This document shows positions 10,325-20,881 of a stretch of 64,000 nt of DNA, piece by piece. Location: positions 22,419 through 86,418 of the forward strand of contig JAAESI010000117.1 of the NCBI GenBank assembly GCA_024229515.1. Direction: 5' to 3'. Below the pieces are notes generated by a model, which was not told where the DNA came from, did not search any database, and was given only the letters and a program-made list of their open reading frames with translations. A program made the position numbers and the translations under genes. The stretch is from Pseudomonadota bacterium (GTDB lineage: Bacteria; Myxococcota_A; UBA796; UBA9615). How positions within the stretch are numbered: position 1 is the first letter of the stretch; every line of letters begins with the position of its first letter.

Positions 10325-11634
10325 CCAGGCCGCGCTCTCCCCGCCCGCGGCAGGATCACCGCGAAGACGGTCCCGCCCCCCGGCGCCGAGGAGACCTCGA
10401 TGCGGCCCCGGTGCTCGGTGACCAGGCCCTCGCAGATGGACAGCCCCAACCCGGTCCCCTGCCCGGTCGGCTTGGTGGTGAAGAACGGCTCGAAGAGTCT
10501 CCCCTTCTGCTCTTGGGACAGGCCCAGCCCGTCGTCGATCACCTCGACGCGCACCTCGCGCTTGCCCGCGGCGGCCCGGATCACGACGCTGCCGACCGGC
10601 TTGCAGGCGTCCACCGCGTTCATGAGGAGGTTCACGAACACCTGCTCCATGCGATCGGCCGAACCGACCGCGGGCAGCGGGGTGTCGAGTTCGAGGCGCA
10701 GGTCGACGCCGTCGCGGCCGAAGCGGTAGGCGGTCAACGCGGCGGCGCGGCGGGCCGGCTCCGCGAGGTCGAGCGCGACGAACCCACCAGGCTCGACGCG
10801 CACGTAGGAGGCGAGAGCGTCCACGACGCCCGCTGCCTGCTTCGCAGCCCGATCCAGGTAGGAGAGGCACTCCGCGACCCCGGGGTCGAGGCCGTCCGTA
10901 CCGGCCGCGGTGGTCAGATCGAGGCGGAGCGAGTCGGCCGCCCCCATGACGGCCTGAATGGGGTTGCTGATCTCATGCGTCAGCTCCGCCGCCAGCCGCC
11001 CCGTAGCCGCGAGGCGGTCCGCCCGCAGCAGCCCGAGGGTCGCCGTTTGAAGCTCCTCCAGCGCCCGCCGCCGACTCGCTTCGTACAGGGAGACGAGGAG
11101 GAACATCCAGAAGGCCGCGTCCAGGAGGATGACGACCTGGAACCAGGCCTCCTCGCCCCCTCCGACGGGTAGCCCCGGGATGCGCGCGAGGCTGTATCCG
11201 ATTCCCTCCAACACGACGGCCCCGGTTGCGCCAGCCCCCCACCCGATGCCGGAAAAGAACGTCACGACCACCGGGATTGTCACCACGGCGGTCCAGGCGG
11301 GTGACTCGAAGCCGCCGGTGGCCTCCCGGAAGACCGCCATCGTGATGTAGACGACGAGGCCGAGGCCAAGCCCGAGGATCCGGGAGGAGACCCCCGCCCT
11401 GGCGCACAGCAGTCCGAGCACCCCTACGGCGGCCCAGGACAGCGTCATCCAGCCGACCGAGTTGGAGTGCGACGCAAGGGCCAGCAGAGGGGCGTTCAGC
11501 AGACCAAGGGGGATGCTCAGCAGGGAGCCGGCGACCAGGAGGCGGGCGCGAAAGAGTTCGTCGCCGCTGCGCCCCGTGGTGAACCGGTCCAGCGTGGCGC
11601 GAACCCGAACTGGGAGGGGGAAGGCCGGTGCCAT
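10321..11634 (-). CDS. Membrane-bound sensor histidine kinase
   Basis: 437 aa; N-terminal TM helices; H-box ELTHEISNPIQAV; HATPase motifs (NLLMNAVDA, DDGLGL, GTGLGLSI). Confidence 0.8.
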   Translation of the reverse strand: MAPAFPLPVRVRATLDRFTTGRSGDELFRARLLVAGSLLSIPLGLLNAPLLALASHSNSVGWMTLSWAAVGVLGLLCARAGVSSRILGLGLGLVVYITMAVFREATGGFESPAWTAVVTIPVVVTFFSGIGWGAGATGAVVLEGIGYSLARIPGLPVGGGEEAWFQVVILLDAAFWMFLLVSLYEASRRRALEELQTATLGLLRADRLAATGRLAAELTHEISNPIQAVMGAADSLRLDLTTAAGTDGLDPGVAECLSYLDRAAKQAAGVVDALASYVRVEPGGFVALDLAEPARRAAALTAYRFGRDGVDLRLELDTPLPAVGSADRMEQVFVNLLMNAVDACKPVGSVVIRAAAGKREVRVEVIDDGLGLSQEQKGRLFEPFFTTKPTGQGTGLGLSICEGLVTEHRGRIEVSSAPGGGTVFAVILPRAGRARPG

Positions 11635-11642
11635 GCCGGAGC

Positions 11643-11927
11643 CTAGAAGTTGAAGAGGTCGTCGAGCTTCTTCTTGGCCTCGTCCGCGGCCTTGTTCGTG
11701 CCGTCCCGCGCGCCCTCGATGTAGACGAAGGCGCCGCAGTAGTTGGCCTCATCCCGGTGGCGGATGAGCTCGGTGCCGTGCTCGGTGCACTCGTTGTGGC
11801 AGGACGGGTCATGAAACTTGCAGTTGAGGCACGCGTGCAGCGCGGCGGAGCACCAGGGGCACTCCTCCGATCGCAGGATGCGGGTCTCGAACGGGATCTC
11901 GCGGAGGCACTTGTGACAGACCTTCAT
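11643..11927 (-). CDS. Small Cys-rich (putative zinc-binding) protein of unknown function
   Basis: Start at internal ATG 11927 (MKVCHKC...); about 94 aa with 9 Cys in CxxC / CxxxC-like spacing; lysine-rich C-terminus. Confidence 0.5.
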   Translation of the reverse strand: MKVCHKCLREIPFETRILRSEECPWCSAALHACLNCKFHDPSCHNECTEHGTELIRHRDEANYCGAFVYIEGARDGTNKAADEAKKKLDDLFNF

Positions 11928-11974
11928 AGCGGCCGATGGTACCGCGATCGGCCGCGGGGTAGAGTCGCCGGCCC

Positions 11975-14242
11975 ATGACAAAAAAGAGCCTCGACCGAGC
12001 CGCCCTCGAGTACCACCGCGCCTATCCCCCGGGAAAGCTCCGCATCGAGCCGAGCAAGCCCGTCGGCACCCCGCGTGATCTCAGCCTCGCCTACAGCCCC
12101 GGCGTGGCCGCCCCGTGCCTCGAAATCGCCAAGAACCCCGACGACGCGTTCGAGTACACCGGTCGCGGCAACCTCGTCGCGGTGGTCACGGACGGCACCG
12201 CCGTGCTCGGCCTGGGCAACATCGGCCCACTCGCAGGCAAGCCGGTGATGGAGGGGAAGGCGGTCCTGTTCAAGCGGTTCGCGGACATCGACGTGTTCGA
12301 CCTCGAAGTGGACAGCGCCGGCACCGAGGACTTCATCGCTACGGTGCGCTCGCTGGCCCCGACCTTCGGCGGCATCAACCTCGAGGACATCAAGGCGCCG
12401 GAGTGCTTCACCATCGAGAAGCGGCTCCAGGAAGAGCTCGACATCCCGGTCTTCCACGACGACCAGCACGGCACCGCGATCATCGCGGGAGCGGCGCTGT
12501 ACAACGCGCTGGAGCTGGTCGGAAAGAACCTCGAGGAGGCCCGCATCGTCATGAACGGCGCGGGCGCGGCGGGCATCGCCACGGCCGAGTTGATCGTCGC
12601 CATGGGGGCCAAGAAGGCCAACATCATCCTGTGCGACAGCAAGGGCGTGGTCTTCAAGGGCCGCACCGAGCGGATGAACCAGTATAAGACGTCGTTCGCC
12701 AGCGACACCGAGGCGCGGACCCTCGCGGAGGCGCTGACGGACGCAGACGTCTTCATCGGCGTGTCGGTCGCCGGGGTCGTCAGCAAGGACATGCTCCGAG
12801 CGATGGCGTCCGACCCGATCGTGTTCGCGTTGGCCAACCCGGACCCGGAGATCACCTGGCCCGACGCCAAGGACGCGCGCGACGACGTGATCATGGCGAC
12901 CGGCCGGTCGGACTACCCCAACCAGGTGAACAACGTCCTGGGCTTCCCCTTCATCTTCCGCGGCGCCCTGGACGTGCGGGCCCGCAAGGTGAACGACGCG
13001 ATGAAGATCGCGGCCGTCCGGGCGCTGGCCCAATTGGCCCGCGAGGAGGTGCCCGACAGCATCAGGCGCGCCTACAAGAAGCCGGACATGCGGTTCGGCC
13101 GCGAGTACCTGATCCCCAAGCCGTTCGACCGGCGCGTGCTCCTGTGGGTCGCGCCCGCGGTGGCCAAGGCGGCGGTCGAATCGGGCGTCGCACGCAAGGA
13201 CGTGACCGACTGGGAGCAGTACCAGCACCGCCTCGAGCGGCTGCTGGGGCGGACCCACCAGATCATGCGCCCGCTGATCAACCGGGCCCGGCTGGAGACC
13301 AAGCGGATCGTGTTCCCCGAGGGGTCGCGGCCGAAGATCCTGCGCGCCGCCCGGAACCTCGCCGAGGACGGCGTCTGCACCCCCGTGCTGCTGGCGAACG
13401 CGCGCGACGTGGAGTACACGCTGCTGAAGGAGGGGATCGAGCTCCCGGACTCGGTCGAGATCGTGAACCCGGACGAGAACGACCGGCGCGACGCGTACCA
13501 GAAGCTGCTGTGGAACATGCGCAAGCGGAAGGGGCTGACCCCGCGCGACGCCTCCGCCTGGCTGCGGAACCGGAACACCTTCGGGATGATGATGGTGAAG
13601 GCTGGGGACGCCGACGGCATCGTCACCGGGCTGAACTACAACTACGCTGAAGCGGTGCGCCCGGCCCTGCAGATCCTCGGGCCGCGCGAGGGCGTCTCGA
13701 CGGTGTCGGGGCTGTACGTGATGGTGCTCAAGGAGCGGCTGCTCTTCTTCGCCGACTGCACTGTCAACGTGAACCCCACCGCCGAGGACCTCGCCGAGAT
13801 CGCCGTCAACACCGCCGGCGTGGCCCGCGCGTTCGACGTCGAGCCCAAGGTCGCGATGCTCAGCTTCAGCAACTTCGGCTCCACGCCGACCCCGGAGAGC
13901 AAGCGGGTCAAGCGGGCAGTCGAGATCCTCGCCGAGCGTGAGGTGGACTTCGAGTTCGACGGCGAGATCCAGGGCGACATCGCCTTCAACGTCGCCCTCC
14001 GCGAAGAGGTCTTCCCCTTCAGCAACCTGCGGGGCGAGCCCAACGTGCTGGTCTTCCCGGATCTGCAGTCGGGCAACATCGCCTACAAGCTGCTGACCCA
14101 GCTCGCCGGCGCCACCGCCATCGGGCCCCTTCTGGTCGGCATGAGCCACCCCGTCAACGTGCTCCAGCTCGGCTCGGACGTCTCCACGATCGAGTCGATG
14201 GCGACAATCACCGCGGTGGAGGCGGCCCTCGGCGCATACTGA
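11975..14242 (+). CDS. maeB: NADP-dependent malic enzyme with C-terminal phosphotransacetylase-like domain (MaeB type)
   Basis: 755 aa; malic enzyme core ([35 protein letters not shown]) followed by PTA-like domain. Confidence 0.85.
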   Translation: MTKKSLDRAALEYHRAYPPGKLRIEPSKPVGTPRDLSLAYSPGVAAPCLEIAKNPDDAFEYTGRGNLVAVVTDGTAVLGLGNIGPLAGKPVMEGKAVLFKRFADIDVFDLEVDSAGTEDFIATVRSLAPTFGGINLEDIKAPECFTIEKRLQEELDIPVFHDDQHGTAIIAGAALYNALELVGKNLEEARIVMNGAGAAGIATAELIVAMGAKKANIILCDSKGVVFKGRTERMNQYKTSFASDTEARTLAEALTDADVFIGVSVAGVVSKDMLRAMASDPIVFALANPDPEITWPDAKDARDDVIMATGRSDYPNQVNNVLGFPFIFRGALDVRARKVNDAMKIAAVRALAQLAREEVPDSIRRAYKKPDMRFGREYLIPKPFDRRVLLWVAPAVAKAAVESGVARKDVTDWEQYQHRLERLLGRTHQIMRPLINRARLETKRIVFPEGSRPKILRAARNLAEDGVCTPVLLANARDVEYTLLKEGIELPDSVEIVNPDENDRRDAYQKLLWNMRKRKGLTPRDASAWLRNRNTFGMMMVKAGDADGIVTGLNYNYAEAVRPALQILGPREGVSTVSGLYVMVLKERLLFFADCTVNVNPTAEDLAEIAVNTAGVARAFDVEPKVAMLSFSNFGSTPTPESKRVKRAVEILAEREVDFEFDGEIQGDIAFNVALREEVFPFSNLRGEPNVLVFPDLQSGNIAYKLLTQLAGATAIGPLLVGMSHPVNVLQLGSDVSTIESMATITAVEAALGAY

Positions 14243-14246
14243 GCGC

Positions 14247-14852
14247 ATGGTCGACCTCTCCATCGCCTGCCGCTGCGGCAAGCTGCAGCTCGTCACCGCG
14301 AACGTCAGGCCCGAGACCTCCAACCAGGTCGCCTGCTACTGCACCGGCTGCCGGACCTACGCGGAGCGGCTGGGACGGCTCGACATCCTCGACGAAGACG
14401 GCGCCACGGAGCGGTTCCAGGTGACCCCCGCATCCGTCACGATCACCGCCGGCCGCGAGCACCTCGCCTGCCTCCAGCAGACCAAGGGGGGCGCGTTCCG
14501 GTGGTACGCCCGCTGCTGCGACAGCCCCATCGCGCTGACGCTGCCGGGTCCGCGGGTCCCGTTCGTCGGCATCGACTCCCTCACGGTGCAGGGCGACGGG
14601 CTCAACGCCGCCGTCGGCCCCGTGCGCGCGCGGGTCAACGGATCGTTCAAGGGCGCAGCCGCCCGGGCCCGCAAGGCCGACCTCCGCTCCCTCTTCGCGA
14701 TGCTGCGGCACCTGATGCCGCTGACGTTCCGCTGGTGGTGGCGCGGCGATCACAAGCGCTCCCCGTTCTTCGAGAACGGCGCGCCGGTCGAGCCGGTGCA
14801 GCAGCTGTACGACGCTCCCCGCACGCTCGCGCAGACCGCCGGCTGTCGCTGA
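14247..14852 (+). CDS. Hypothetical Cys-containing protein (GFA/DUF-like)
   Basis: 201 aa, CRCG...CYCTGC...CC cysteine pattern, good GC3. Confidence 0.45.
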   Translation: MVDLSIACRCGKLQLVTANVRPETSNQVACYCTGCRTYAERLGRLDILDEDGATERFQVTPASVTITAGREHLACLQQTKGGAFRWYARCCDSPIALTLPGPRVPFVGIDSLTVQGDGLNAAVGPVRARVNGSFKGAAARARKADLRSLFAMLRHLMPLTFRWWWRGDHKRSPFFENGAPVEPVQQLYDAPRTLAQTAGCR

Positions 14853-14918
14853 CGCAGGGCCAATCGCGAGAATTCGCTTAACCCTCCGAATGGCCGCTGG
14901 GTCCATCCGTCGAACCAC

Positions 14919-15650
14919 GTGAACCCACCCCCGGAGAGCCCCATGCCCCGCCGATTCTCGATCCCCGTCCTCGCTACCGTTGCCGTCCTGAGCCTCGCCC
15001 TCGTCGCCCCCGCCTCCGCCCGCAAGCGCGGCGGACAAGGCATGGCGCCGACCGAGGCCGAGCAGGCGGTCCATTCGCTCAAGCAGCAGATCGCCGCCGA
15101 GGAGCTGGTCGTCGCGCTTGACCTCGACACCGGCCAGAAGAGCGCGCTGGCGGAGGTCGTCGCCGACGCCGTCGCCCAGCGTGAGGCGCACCGCGCCGAA
15201 AAGGCGGGCAAGGCCATCCAGGTCCAGGATCTGCTCGAGGACTACCTCGCCGAGGTGCAGCGCAACGGCGCCGTCTCCGAGGACACCGCGCAGGCGCTCC
15301 GTGAGTTCCGCGCGGCCAACCGCAAGGACCCCGAGGCCCACCGCGACGCCCGCCAGGACACCAAGGCGAGCCTCCAGGCGATCCTGTCCGAGGACCAGCA
15401 GCAGACCCTCCGCGACTTCCGCCCCATGAGCGCCGTCGGCCCCACCGACGAGGAGCGTGCCGAGCGTCAGGCGCGGCGCAGCCAGCGCAGCGAGCGGGTC
15501 CGTGAGAAGGCCGGCGAGCGCGGCTTCGACGCCGACGACATCGAGGCCGTGCGCCAGATGCGTGAGCAGCGGGGCGAGCGCAAGCACACCCGCCGCGTCG
15601 TCCGCGACGTGCTCTTCAGCGCTGCCTTCCTGGACGCCCTGACCCGCTAG
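14919..15650 (+). CDS. Secreted helical protein, possibly Spy/CpxP-like (LTXXQ-type) periplasmic protein
   Basis: Signal peptide (alternative start 14943 MPRRFSIPVLATVAVLSLALVAPASA); charged helical repeats; weak family call. Confidence 0.45.
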   Translation: MNPPPESPMPRRFSIPVLATVAVLSLALVAPASARKRGGQGMAPTEAEQAVHSLKQQIAAEELVVALDLDTGQKSALAEVVADAVAQREAHRAEKAGKAIQVQDLLEDYLAEVQRNGAVSEDTAQALREFRAANRKDPEAHRDARQDTKASLQAILSEDQQQTLRDFRPMSAVGPTDEERAERQARRSQRSERVREKAGERGFDADDIEAVRQMREQRGERKHTRRVVRDVLFSAAFLDALTR

Positions 15651-16189
15651 TCGGGGACGACGACCTCACCGCCGTCGGCCTGCCAGTGGGCGATGCCGCC
15701 GGCCAGGCTGAGGGTGTTGCCGAACCCCTTCTCGCGAAGGAACATCGCCGCATCGAGGGAGCGGACGCCTGAGGCGCAGTAGACGAAGATCTCCTGCTCC
15801 TTGTCGTCCAGCTCCTCGATGCGGCGCGGCAGATCCTGGGTGGGGATGTGCCGCGCGCCCACGATCATTCCGTTGGCGACCTCCGCGGGCTGCCGAACGT
15901 CGATCAGCATGAAGCCCTCTTCGCCGTCCTTGAGGCGGTCGATGACCTTCTGCGGATCCACCTGCAGATCGAACGGACTGGGGCTGGGGTCCGACGGCGG
16001 CCGCGGGGTCGACGGCGGAGCCTGGTACGTGGACGACGTCCGCGGTTCTTCAGCACCGAGCCCGGTCACCTTCTGGACCACCTTCCAGGCGATCTTGGCG
16101 GGCAGCAGGGCCAGCTTGAGCTGAAGCTTCACGAGGGTCTTGAGCATCGAGTCCAATCTCCGATCCCTTCCACTATATTGCGCCGCCAT
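15647..16189 (-). CDS. Rhodanese-domain (sulfurtransferase-like) protein
   Basis: Rhodanese core LIDVRQPAE...FVYCASGVRS with active-site Cys; start uncertain (16189 or internal 16147). Confidence 0.65.
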   Translation of the reverse strand: MAAQYSGRDRRLDSMLKTLVKLQLKLALLPAKIAWKVVQKVTGLGAEEPRTSSTYQAPPSTPRPPSDPSPSPFDLQVDPQKVIDRLKDGEEGFMLIDVRQPAEVANGMIVGARHIPTQDLPRRIEELDDKEQEIFVYCASGVRSLDAAMFLREKGFGNTLSLAGGIAHWQADGGEVVVPD

Positions 16190-16985
16190 GAGCGCCGCCC
16201 CCCAAGTCCACTACCTCGCGCAAGACGGCATCGCCGTCCTGACTCTTAGCGCGCCTCCCGCCAACTGCTACAGCCATGCGCTGATGAAGTCTCTGGACGA
16301 GGCGATCCTGGCCGCGCGGTTCGACGACGAGGTCCAGGTGATCGTCGTCATCGGGGAAGGGCAGCGCTTCTTTTGCGCGGGCGCCGACATCTCGATGCTC
16401 GCCAGCGTCACCCCGTCGTTCAAGTACAGCTTCTGCCTCCACGCCAACGAGACCATCTCGCGCCTGGAGCACACCCCCAAGCTCGTGATCGCCGCGCTGA
16501 ACGGCCACTGCGTCGGCGGCGGGCTCGAGGTCGCGATGGCCGCGGACCTGCGCATCGCCCGCAAGGGGGCGGGCAAGTGGGGCCTCCCCGAGGTGAAGCT
16601 CGGCGTGCTCCCCGGCACCGGCGGCACCCAGCGGCTGGCCCGCCTCGTCGGCTCCCAAAAGGCGATGCGGTGGATGGTGGAGGCTCACACCGGCGACTTC
16701 GACGAGGCCCTCACCGAAGGGATCGTCGACTACGTCTACGACTGCGAGCCCGACGCGTTCCTGGGCCGGGTGCTCGAATACGCCAAGAGGTTCACCACTC
16801 CCGAAACAGCAGCGATGGCGGTGGGTCACATCAAGCGCGCGGTGAAGTCCGGCGCCGACTTGCCGCTGGAGCAGGGCCTGGCCCTGGAGCGTGAACTTCA
16901 GGCCAAGCTCTTCGGCAGCGACGACGCGGCCGAGGGGCTGGACGCCTACATCGAGAAGCGAAAGCCCCGCTTCGCAGGACGGTGA
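16188..16985 (+). CDS. Enoyl-CoA hydratase/isomerase family protein
   Basis: Crotonase fold motifs (FFCAGADI, ALNGHCVGGGLEVAMAADLRIA); start chosen at MSAAPQV inside ORF 16140..16985. Confidence 0.8.
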   Translation: MSAAPQVHYLAQDGIAVLTLSAPPANCYSHALMKSLDEAILAARFDDEVQVIVVIGEGQRFFCAGADISMLASVTPSFKYSFCLHANETISRLEHTPKLVIAALNGHCVGGGLEVAMAADLRIARKGAGKWGLPEVKLGVLPGTGGTQRLARLVGSQKAMRWMVEAHTGDFDEALTEGIVDYVYDCEPDAFLGRVLEYAKRFTTPETAAMAVGHIKRAVKSGADLPLEQGLALERELQAKLFGSDDAAEGLDAYIEKRKPRFAGR

Positions 16986-18250
16986 ACATGGACACCAAGC
17001 CTCCCCGCGGAACCCGCGACTTCTTCCCCGACGACATGCGCCTGCGGACGTGGCTCTTCGGGCACTTCCGGGAGGTCGCGCGGCAGTACGGGTTCGAGGA
17101 GTACGACGCTCCGGTGGTCGAGACCGAGGACCTGTACATCCGCAAAGCGGGCGAGGAGATCACCGGCCAGCTGTACAACTTCGCCGACAAGAAGGGCCGA
17201 CGGCTCGCCCTCCGCCCGGAGATGACGCCGAGCCTCGCGCGCATGATTCTGGCCAAGGGGGGCGCGCTCAAGCTGCCCGTGAAGTGGTTCAGCATCCCCC
17301 AGTGCTGGCGCTACGAGCGCATGACGCGGGGCCGCAAGCGTGAGCACTACCAGTGGAACATGGACGTCTTCGGCGTCCCCGGCGTCGCCGCCGAGGTGGA
17401 GCTGCTCGCCGCGATCGTCACCTTCCTGACGCGGCTGGGGCTCAGCAGCGCCGACGTCGGCATCAAGATCAGCTCCCGCAAGGTGCTCCAGGGGGTCCTC
17501 GTGGACCGCCTCGGCGTGCCCGAAGACAAGTTCGCCCCCGTCTGCGTGTTGGTCGACAAGCTCGAGAAGCTGCCGCGCGAGGCGATCGAGAAGGACCTCG
17601 CGGAGCTCGGCCTCGACGGGAGTCTGGTCGACCGCATCATCGAGACGCTGTCGATCCGCGACCTGGACGCACTGACGGAGGCGCTCGGCCCCGAGCACGA
17701 GGCCGTCACCGATCTGATGACGCTCTTCACCCTCGCGGAGGCCTACGGCATCGCCGACTGGCTGGTGCTGGACGCCTCCGTGGTGCGCGGCCTCGCCTAC
17801 TACACCGGCACCGTGTTCGAGGCCTTCGACCGCGGCGCCACCTTGCGCGCCATCTGCGGCGGCGGCCGCTACGACCGCCTGCTGTCGACCTTCGGCGGCA
17901 AGGACGTGCCCGCCTGCGGCTTCGGCTTCGGCGACGTCGTCATCGCCGAACTGCTCAAGGACAAAGGGCTCGTGCCCGAGCTGACCAGCACCTGCGACGA
18001 CATCGTCTTCGCCTTCTCCGAGGACCTGCGCGGAGCCGCCCAGCAGGTCGCGATGAAGCTGCGCTCCGCTGGACGGAGCGTCGACCTGGTGCTCCAGAAG
18101 AAGAAGATGAAGTGGGCCTACACCCACGCGGATGCCCGCGGGGCCAGGCGCCTCGTGCTGATCGCTCCGTCCGAGTGGGAGCAGGGGCTCGTGCGCATCA
18201 AGGACCTCGCGACCGGCGGCCAGGCCGACGTCGCATTCGACACGCTTTAG
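16982..18250 (+). CDS. hisS: Histidine--tRNA ligase
   Basis: 422 aa; class II aaRS motifs (GTRDFFPDDM, QCWRYERMTRGRKREHYQWNMD, GGGRYD); ATGA overlap with upstream gene. Confidence 0.9.
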   Translation: MNMDTKPPRGTRDFFPDDMRLRTWLFGHFREVARQYGFEEYDAPVVETEDLYIRKAGEEITGQLYNFADKKGRRLALRPEMTPSLARMILAKGGALKLPVKWFSIPQCWRYERMTRGRKREHYQWNMDVFGVPGVAAEVELLAAIVTFLTRLGLSSADVGIKISSRKVLQGVLVDRLGVPEDKFAPVCVLVDKLEKLPREAIEKDLAELGLDGSLVDRIIETLSIRDLDALTEALGPEHEAVTDLMTLFTLAEAYGIADWLVLDASVVRGLAYYTGTVFEAFDRGATLRAICGGGRYDRLLSTFGGKDVPACGFGFGDVVIAELLKDKGLVPELTSTCDDIVFAFSEDLRGAAQQVAMKLRSAGRSVDLVLQKKKMKWAYTHADARGARRLVLIAPSEWEQGLVRIKDLATGGQADVAFDTL

Positions 18251-18259
18251 GGAGCCGCC

Positions 18260-19444
18260 ATGACCGACCCGATCTACCTCGTCTCCGCCGTCCGCAGCCC
18301 CATCGGCAAGTTCGGCGGGGGGCTCTCTTCGATGATGCCGGCGGACCTGTCCGTGCCCGTCGCGCAGGCCGCGATGGAGCGCGCCGGCCTCGCCCCCGAG
18401 CACATCGACGAGACCATCTGGGGCCACGGACGCCAGGCCGGCGGCGGCCCCAACACCGCCCGCCAGGTCAGCATCCGCGCCGGCGTGCCGGCGGCCTCCC
18501 CCGCCTACACCCTCAACAAGGCCTGCGCCTCGTCGCTGTTCGCCATCGTGCAGTCCGCCCGCACCATCAAGCTGGGCGAGGGCGAGATCCTGCTCGCCGG
18601 CGGCGTCGAGTCGATGTCGAACACGCCCTACATGCTCCCCCGCGCCCGCTTCGGCTACCGCATGGGCAACGCCGAGGTCATCGACGGCATGTACCGCGAC
18701 GGCTTCTTCTGCCCGCTGGCGGAACAGCTCATGGGGGCGACGGCCGAGACCCTCGCCGAGCAGTACTCGATCACGCGCGACGAGCAGGACCTGTTCGCCG
18801 AAGCCAGCCAGAAGAAGGCCGGCGCCGCGTGGGAAGCGGGCGCCTTCGCCGACGAGCTGATCGGCATCGACGTGCCCGGCCGCCGCGGAACCACCCGCGT
18901 CGAGCGCGACGAGCACATGCGGCCCGACTCCACCGCCCAGCTGATGAAGAAGCTGAAGCCGGTGTTCAAGAAGGAGGGCGGCACGGTGCACGCGGGCAAC
19001 AGCTCGGGCGTCACCGACGGCGCCGCCGCGGTGGTGGTCGCCTCCGCCGCGGCCGTGCAGAAGCACGGTCTGACCCCGCTGGTGAAGATCACCGGCTGGG
19101 CGACGGCGGGCGTCGATCCGAAGGTCATGGGCCTGGGCCCCGTCCCCGCGACGAAGAAGCTGCTCGAGCGGACCGGCCTGTCGATGGAGGACTTCGACCT
19201 CATCGAGCTGAACGAAGCGTTCGCGGCGCAGGTGCTCGCGTGCGACCGCGAGTTGCCGATGGACCACGATCGACTGAACGTGCACGGCGGCTCGATCGCC
19301 CTAGGTCACCCGATCGGCGCCACCGGCTGCCGCATCGCGGTCACCCTCGCGCACGCGATGAAGCGCCACGGCGCCCGCCGCGGCCTCGCCAGCCTCTGCG
19401 TCAGCGGCGGAATGGGTCTGAGCGTCGCCTTCGAGGCGGTCTAG
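18260..19444 (+). CDS. Acetyl-CoA C-acetyltransferase (thiolase II)
   Basis: 394 aa; LNKACASSL active-site Cys region, C-terminal GHPIGATGCR and CVSGGMG motifs. Confidence 0.9.
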   Translation: MTDPIYLVSAVRSPIGKFGGGLSSMMPADLSVPVAQAAMERAGLAPEHIDETIWGHGRQAGGGPNTARQVSIRAGVPAASPAYTLNKACASSLFAIVQSARTIKLGEGEILLAGGVESMSNTPYMLPRARFGYRMGNAEVIDGMYRDGFFCPLAEQLMGATAETLAEQYSITRDEQDLFAEASQKKAGAAWEAGAFADELIGIDVPGRRGTTRVERDEHMRPDSTAQLMKKLKPVFKKEGGTVHAGNSSGVTDGAAAVVVASAAAVQKHGLTPLVKITGWATAGVDPKVMGLGPVPATKKLLERTGLSMEDFDLIELNEAFAAQVLACDRELPMDHDRLNVHGGSIALGHPIGATGCRIAVTLAHAMKRHGARRGLASLCVSGGMGLSVAFEAV

Positions 19445-19890
19445 CCGGCGTGCCCCGCGGTCAGCTCTTGCTGGTACAGCGCGTCTGAGCAGATCGCTGA
19501 GTCGTACGCCGTCACATTGACGGTCACCCGCGCGATGAACGTGCACGCGTCGAACACCACGTTGTTGGTGACGTCGCAGGTCAGGTGATCCCCCGAGTCG
19601 AGGTCCAGCTCGCCGGAACCGCAGGCGACGTCGAAGGCGCAAGCTCCGTTGGAGTCGGTATCGAGCCCCTCGACGAACCACTCGGCGGTGAACGTCGTAG
19701 CGGCGACGTCCGCCGAAGCGACCGGCTCCCAGTCGATGATGTTCTCGACGGTCTCGCCGTCGGGGATCACGCCCGCTTCGGCGAGGCCGGCGCGGGTCTC
19801 ATGGTGCGGAGTGAGAGAAACACAGGGAGGGGCAGCGACTTGCGTGCACCCGGTCAGCAGCAATGGGACCCAAAAACACAGCCTGCGCAT
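19441..19890 (-). CDS. Hypothetical lipoprotein
   Basis: Lipobox PLLLTGC; Cys-rich mature part. Confidence 0.5.
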   Translation of the reverse strand: MRRLCFWVPLLLTGCTQVAAPPCVSLTPHHETRAGLAEAGVIPDGETVENIIDWEPVASADVAATTFTAEWFVEGLDTDSNGACAFDVACGSGELDLDSGDHLTCDVTNNVVFDACTFIARVTVNVTAYDSAICSDALYQQELTAGHAG

Positions 19891-19955
19891 GGCGCGAACT
19901 ATGTACTTTTTTCACATTGCCGTGAACAAATTCGTATGAATGGCGCCTGTCTGAG

Positions 19956-20834
19956 CTACGACGCCGCCCGGTAATCGTCCAGGTACGCGCGACGCTTGGC
20001 GTGGCGGAGCTTGGCGAGGGCGCGGATCTCGATCTGGCGGATGCGCTCGCGCGTGAGGCCGAACTCGCGACCGATCTGCTCGAGGCTCATCGTGTTGTCG
20101 TCGTCGAGGCCAAAGCGCAGACGGAGGACCTTTTCCTCCCGCGGATCGAGGGTCGCCAGCGCCTTCGTCATGCGCTTGCGGAGCACCTGCTCCTCGAGGC
20201 TGACGCCGGGGCCTTCGGCGGACTCGTCGGAGATGAAATCGGACAACGTCGCGTCACCATCCTCGCCCACGGGGCTGTCCAGGCTGACGGGCTCGCGGTT
20301 CATGCGCAGCAGCGTGTCGACCTCGTCGATCGTGCACTCCATCGCGTCGGCGATTTCGGTGCGCGTCGGGTCGCGGTGCAGCTTTTTGCCCAGCTCGCGC
20401 ATGGTCGCGTTGAGGCGGTTGATGACCTCGAGCTTGTAGATGGGCACGCGGATGGTCCGGCACTGGCTCTCGATGGCCCGCACGATCGCCTGACGGATCC
20501 ACCACGACGCGTACGTGCTGAACTTGAAACCGCGGTGGTATTCGAACTTCTCCACCGCCCGCATCAGGCCGATGTTGCCTTCTTGGATGAGGTCGGACAT
20601 CGGGATGCCGCGGTAGCTGTACTGCTTCGCCATGCTGACCACGAGCCGCAAGTTACTCTTGATCATCTTGTCCTTGGCGCGCTCGCTCTCGTGGGGGTTC
20701 CCCTCGAGGACGAGTCGAGCCGTTTCGTACTCCTCGTCGCGGGTCAGGAGGGGATGAGTCCCCATGTCGTACAGGTAGGAATCGAGAACACGGGCGTCAC
20801 GGGGGGGACGAAGCTTACTGGCCATAGAGTGCAT
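19956..20834 (-). CDS. RNA polymerase sigma-70 family sigma factor (group 2/3-like)
   Basis: Regions 2-4 recognisable ([47 protein letters not shown]); start at ATG 20834 or 20885. Confidence 0.8.
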   Translation of the reverse strand: MHSMASKLRPPRDARVLDSYLYDMGTHPLLTRDEEYETARLVLEGNPHESERAKDKMIKSNLRLVVSMAKQYSYRGIPMSDLIQEGNIGLMRAVEKFEYHRGFKFSTYASWWIRQAIVRAIESQCRTIRVPIYKLEVINRLNATMRELGKKLHRDPTRTEIADAMECTIDEVDTLLRMNREPVSLDSPVGEDGDATLSDFISDESAEGPGVSLEEQVLRKRMTKALATLDPREEKVLRLRFGLDDDNTMSLEQIGREFGLTRERIRQIEIRALAKLRHAKRRAYLDDYRAAS

Positions 20835-20881
20835 GCTCCTGTGCGGGTCGGCCGTTTTGCTTGCACGGCCCGTGCCAGGAA

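Noticed and set aside
11924-19285. Long antisense ORFs 11924..14323 (-) and 16946..19285 (-) over maeB, hisS and thiolase
   Set aside because: High-GC antisense artefacts without domain signatures.
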